In this document: positions 62,764 through 64,000 of the stretch, in pieces
Numbering within the stretch: position 1 is the stretch's first letter
Layout of the letters: each line of letters opens with the position of its first letter
DNA from: an uncultured Acidobacteriota bacterium
GTDB taxonomy: Bacteria; Acidobacteriota; UBA6911
Direction of reading: 5' to 3'
Length of the DNA: 64,000 bases
Assembly: GCA_963843575.1 (NCBI GenBank)
Contig: CAWJKZ010000010.1
Span: 128,001-192,000, forward strand
Notes under the pieces: generated by a model
The model's database searches: none
Told to the model about the DNA's origin: nothing
Seen by the model: the letters and a program-made list of their open reading frames with translations, nothing else
Position numbers and translations under genes: made by a program

Positions 62764-63846
62764 ATGAGCGAAGTATTGAACATCCGTCCTGATGGAGCGC
62801 TGGACCTGCTGAGCCTGGGTGCCCTGGTGCACCGGCTCGATCCCGGGATCGTCCCTTTCCGGAAGGCGACAGAATGCCGCATTCACGTGAGCGGGGGGGA
62901 GTTCAACGTCGCAGCCAATCTTGCCGACTGCTTCGGGATGAACACCGGCGTCGCCAGCGCCATGGTCGATTACCCGATCGGCGACCTCATCGCCGAACGG
63001 GTCCGGGCCATGGGGGTGAAACCTTTCTACCGGCGTTTCAAGCACAACGGCGTCAACGGGCCGAACATGGCCACCGTCTACAGCGACCGGGGTTACGGGG
63101 TGAGGGCGCCGGTGGTGTTCTACAACCGCTCGAACGAAGCGGCCGCCCAGCTCAGGCCGGGCGATTTCGATTGGAAGGGCCTCTTCAAGGAGGGGGTGCG
63201 CTGGTTCCACAGCGGCGGCATTTTCGCGTCGCTCTCGGCGACTACCGGCGAACTCATCGTCGAGGCGATGCAGGCGGCGAGGCAAGCCGGCACCGTAACC
63301 AGTTTCGACCTGAACTTTCGCGAGAAGCTCTGGAACATCTGGGGGGGGCAACAGAAAGCCGTCGAAGTGGTCCACCGCATCGTGGAACTCGTCGACGTGC
63401 TGGTCGGGAACGAGGAGGACCTCCAGAAGGGGCTCGGCATCCCGGGACCGGAAGTCGCCTCCAGGTCCAAGCTGGACCCGAGCACCTTTTTCGCGATGAT
63501 CGACAAGGTCGCCGGCAAGTACCCGAACGTCAAGGTGGTCGCCACAACCCTGCGTGACGTGCACACGACCAATCACCACAGCTGGGGAGCCGTCGCGTGG
63601 GTCCGCGGCAAGACGTATCAGGCTCCGACGGCCGAACTCCACATCCTGGATCGCGTCGGCGGCGGCGACGGCTTCGCCTCGGGCTTCTTTTTCGGCCTCA
63701 TGTCGGGGGAATCCCCCGAGGAGGCCGTGAAGCTGGGCTGGGCGCACGGCGCCCTGCTCACCACCTTCCCGGGCGATACTACCATGGCTACAGTCGAGCA
63801 GGTGCGCGCATTCGCCAAGGGCGGATCGGCCCGCATCCAACGCTGA
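62764..63846 (+). CDS. kdgK: PfkB-family sugar kinase (2-dehydro-3-deoxygluconokinase-like)
   Basis: SGGEFNVA, WFHSGGIF, SFDLNFR, GNEEDL, DRVGGGDGFASG. Confidence 0.8.
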   Translation: MSEVLNIRPDGALDLLSLGALVHRLDPGIVPFRKATECRIHVSGGEFNVAANLADCFGMNTGVASAMVDYPIGDLIAERVRAMGVKPFYRRFKHNGVNGPNMATVYSDRGYGVRAPVVFYNRSNEAAAQLRPGDFDWKGLFKEGVRWFHSGGIFASLSATTGELIVEAMQAARQAGTVTSFDLNFREKLWNIWGGQQKAVEVVHRIVELVDVLVGNEEDLQKGLGIPGPEVASRSKLDPSTFFAMIDKVAGKYPNVKVVATTLRDVHTTNHHSWGAVAWVRGKTYQAPTAELHILDRVGGGDGFASGFFFGLMSGESPEEAVKLGWAHGALLTTFPGDTTMATVEQVRAFAKGGSARIQR

Positions 63847-63878
63847 CCGGCGCGCCCAATGCTCGACGGAAACGGAAC

Positions 63879-64000
63879 ATGACCCGGTGCATTTTCCACG
63901 ACGTGGGTCCCGGATTGCGCGACCGCAGGCTCTTCGACATCGTCGAACAGGTCTATGCGCGAAAGCACAAGGTAGTGGTTTTTGCCCCGGGCGAGGAGCG
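63879..64000 (+). CDS. Partial ORF running off the window; resembles the DNA polymerase III chi subunit N-terminus
   Basis: MTRCIFHDVGPGLRDRRLFDIVEQVYARKHKVVVFAPGEE..., similar in pattern to HolC starts; only 40 codons visible. Confidence 0.45.
   Translation, partial: MTRCIFHDVGPGLRDRRLFDIVEQVYARKHKVVVFAPGEE

Overview
GC-rich bacterial chromosomal window. The gene content (stand-alone TonB-C protein, secreted TPR proteins, APC permease, amidohydrolase trio) suggests Acidobacteriota; this is an inference. Core genes: ileS (5' part), hsp20-hsp20-clpB-htpX-grpE, ruvC/yebC, pyrE-truA-uppS-cdsA-dxr-rseP, gpmA and pheA. Accessory modules: an OPT transporter-PqqD/RRE-PepD operon; an ECF sigma/anti-sigma pair; an orphan nuoF; an HDAC-MEMO1(AmrB) pair; a ~990-aa GlmU-like nucleotidyltransferase/GalK-like kinase fusion; three secreted amidohydrolase-fold genes, two lacking metal ligands; an Npt/TLC-HEAT-cNMP protein; cofG-cofH without cofCDE; and a polyol ABC/dehydrogenase operon. 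Intergenic DNA carries several MITE/REP-like palindromic families, including a nested element with strand-biased G-U pairing. Two small ORFs are easy to miss: an RSPP-terminated putative arrest-peptide uORF and a 38-aa membrane peptide. Four genes carry frameshifts that may be sequencing errors. No rRNA, tRNA, CRISPR array, prophage or transposase was found. All calls come from reading motifs by eye; no searches were run.
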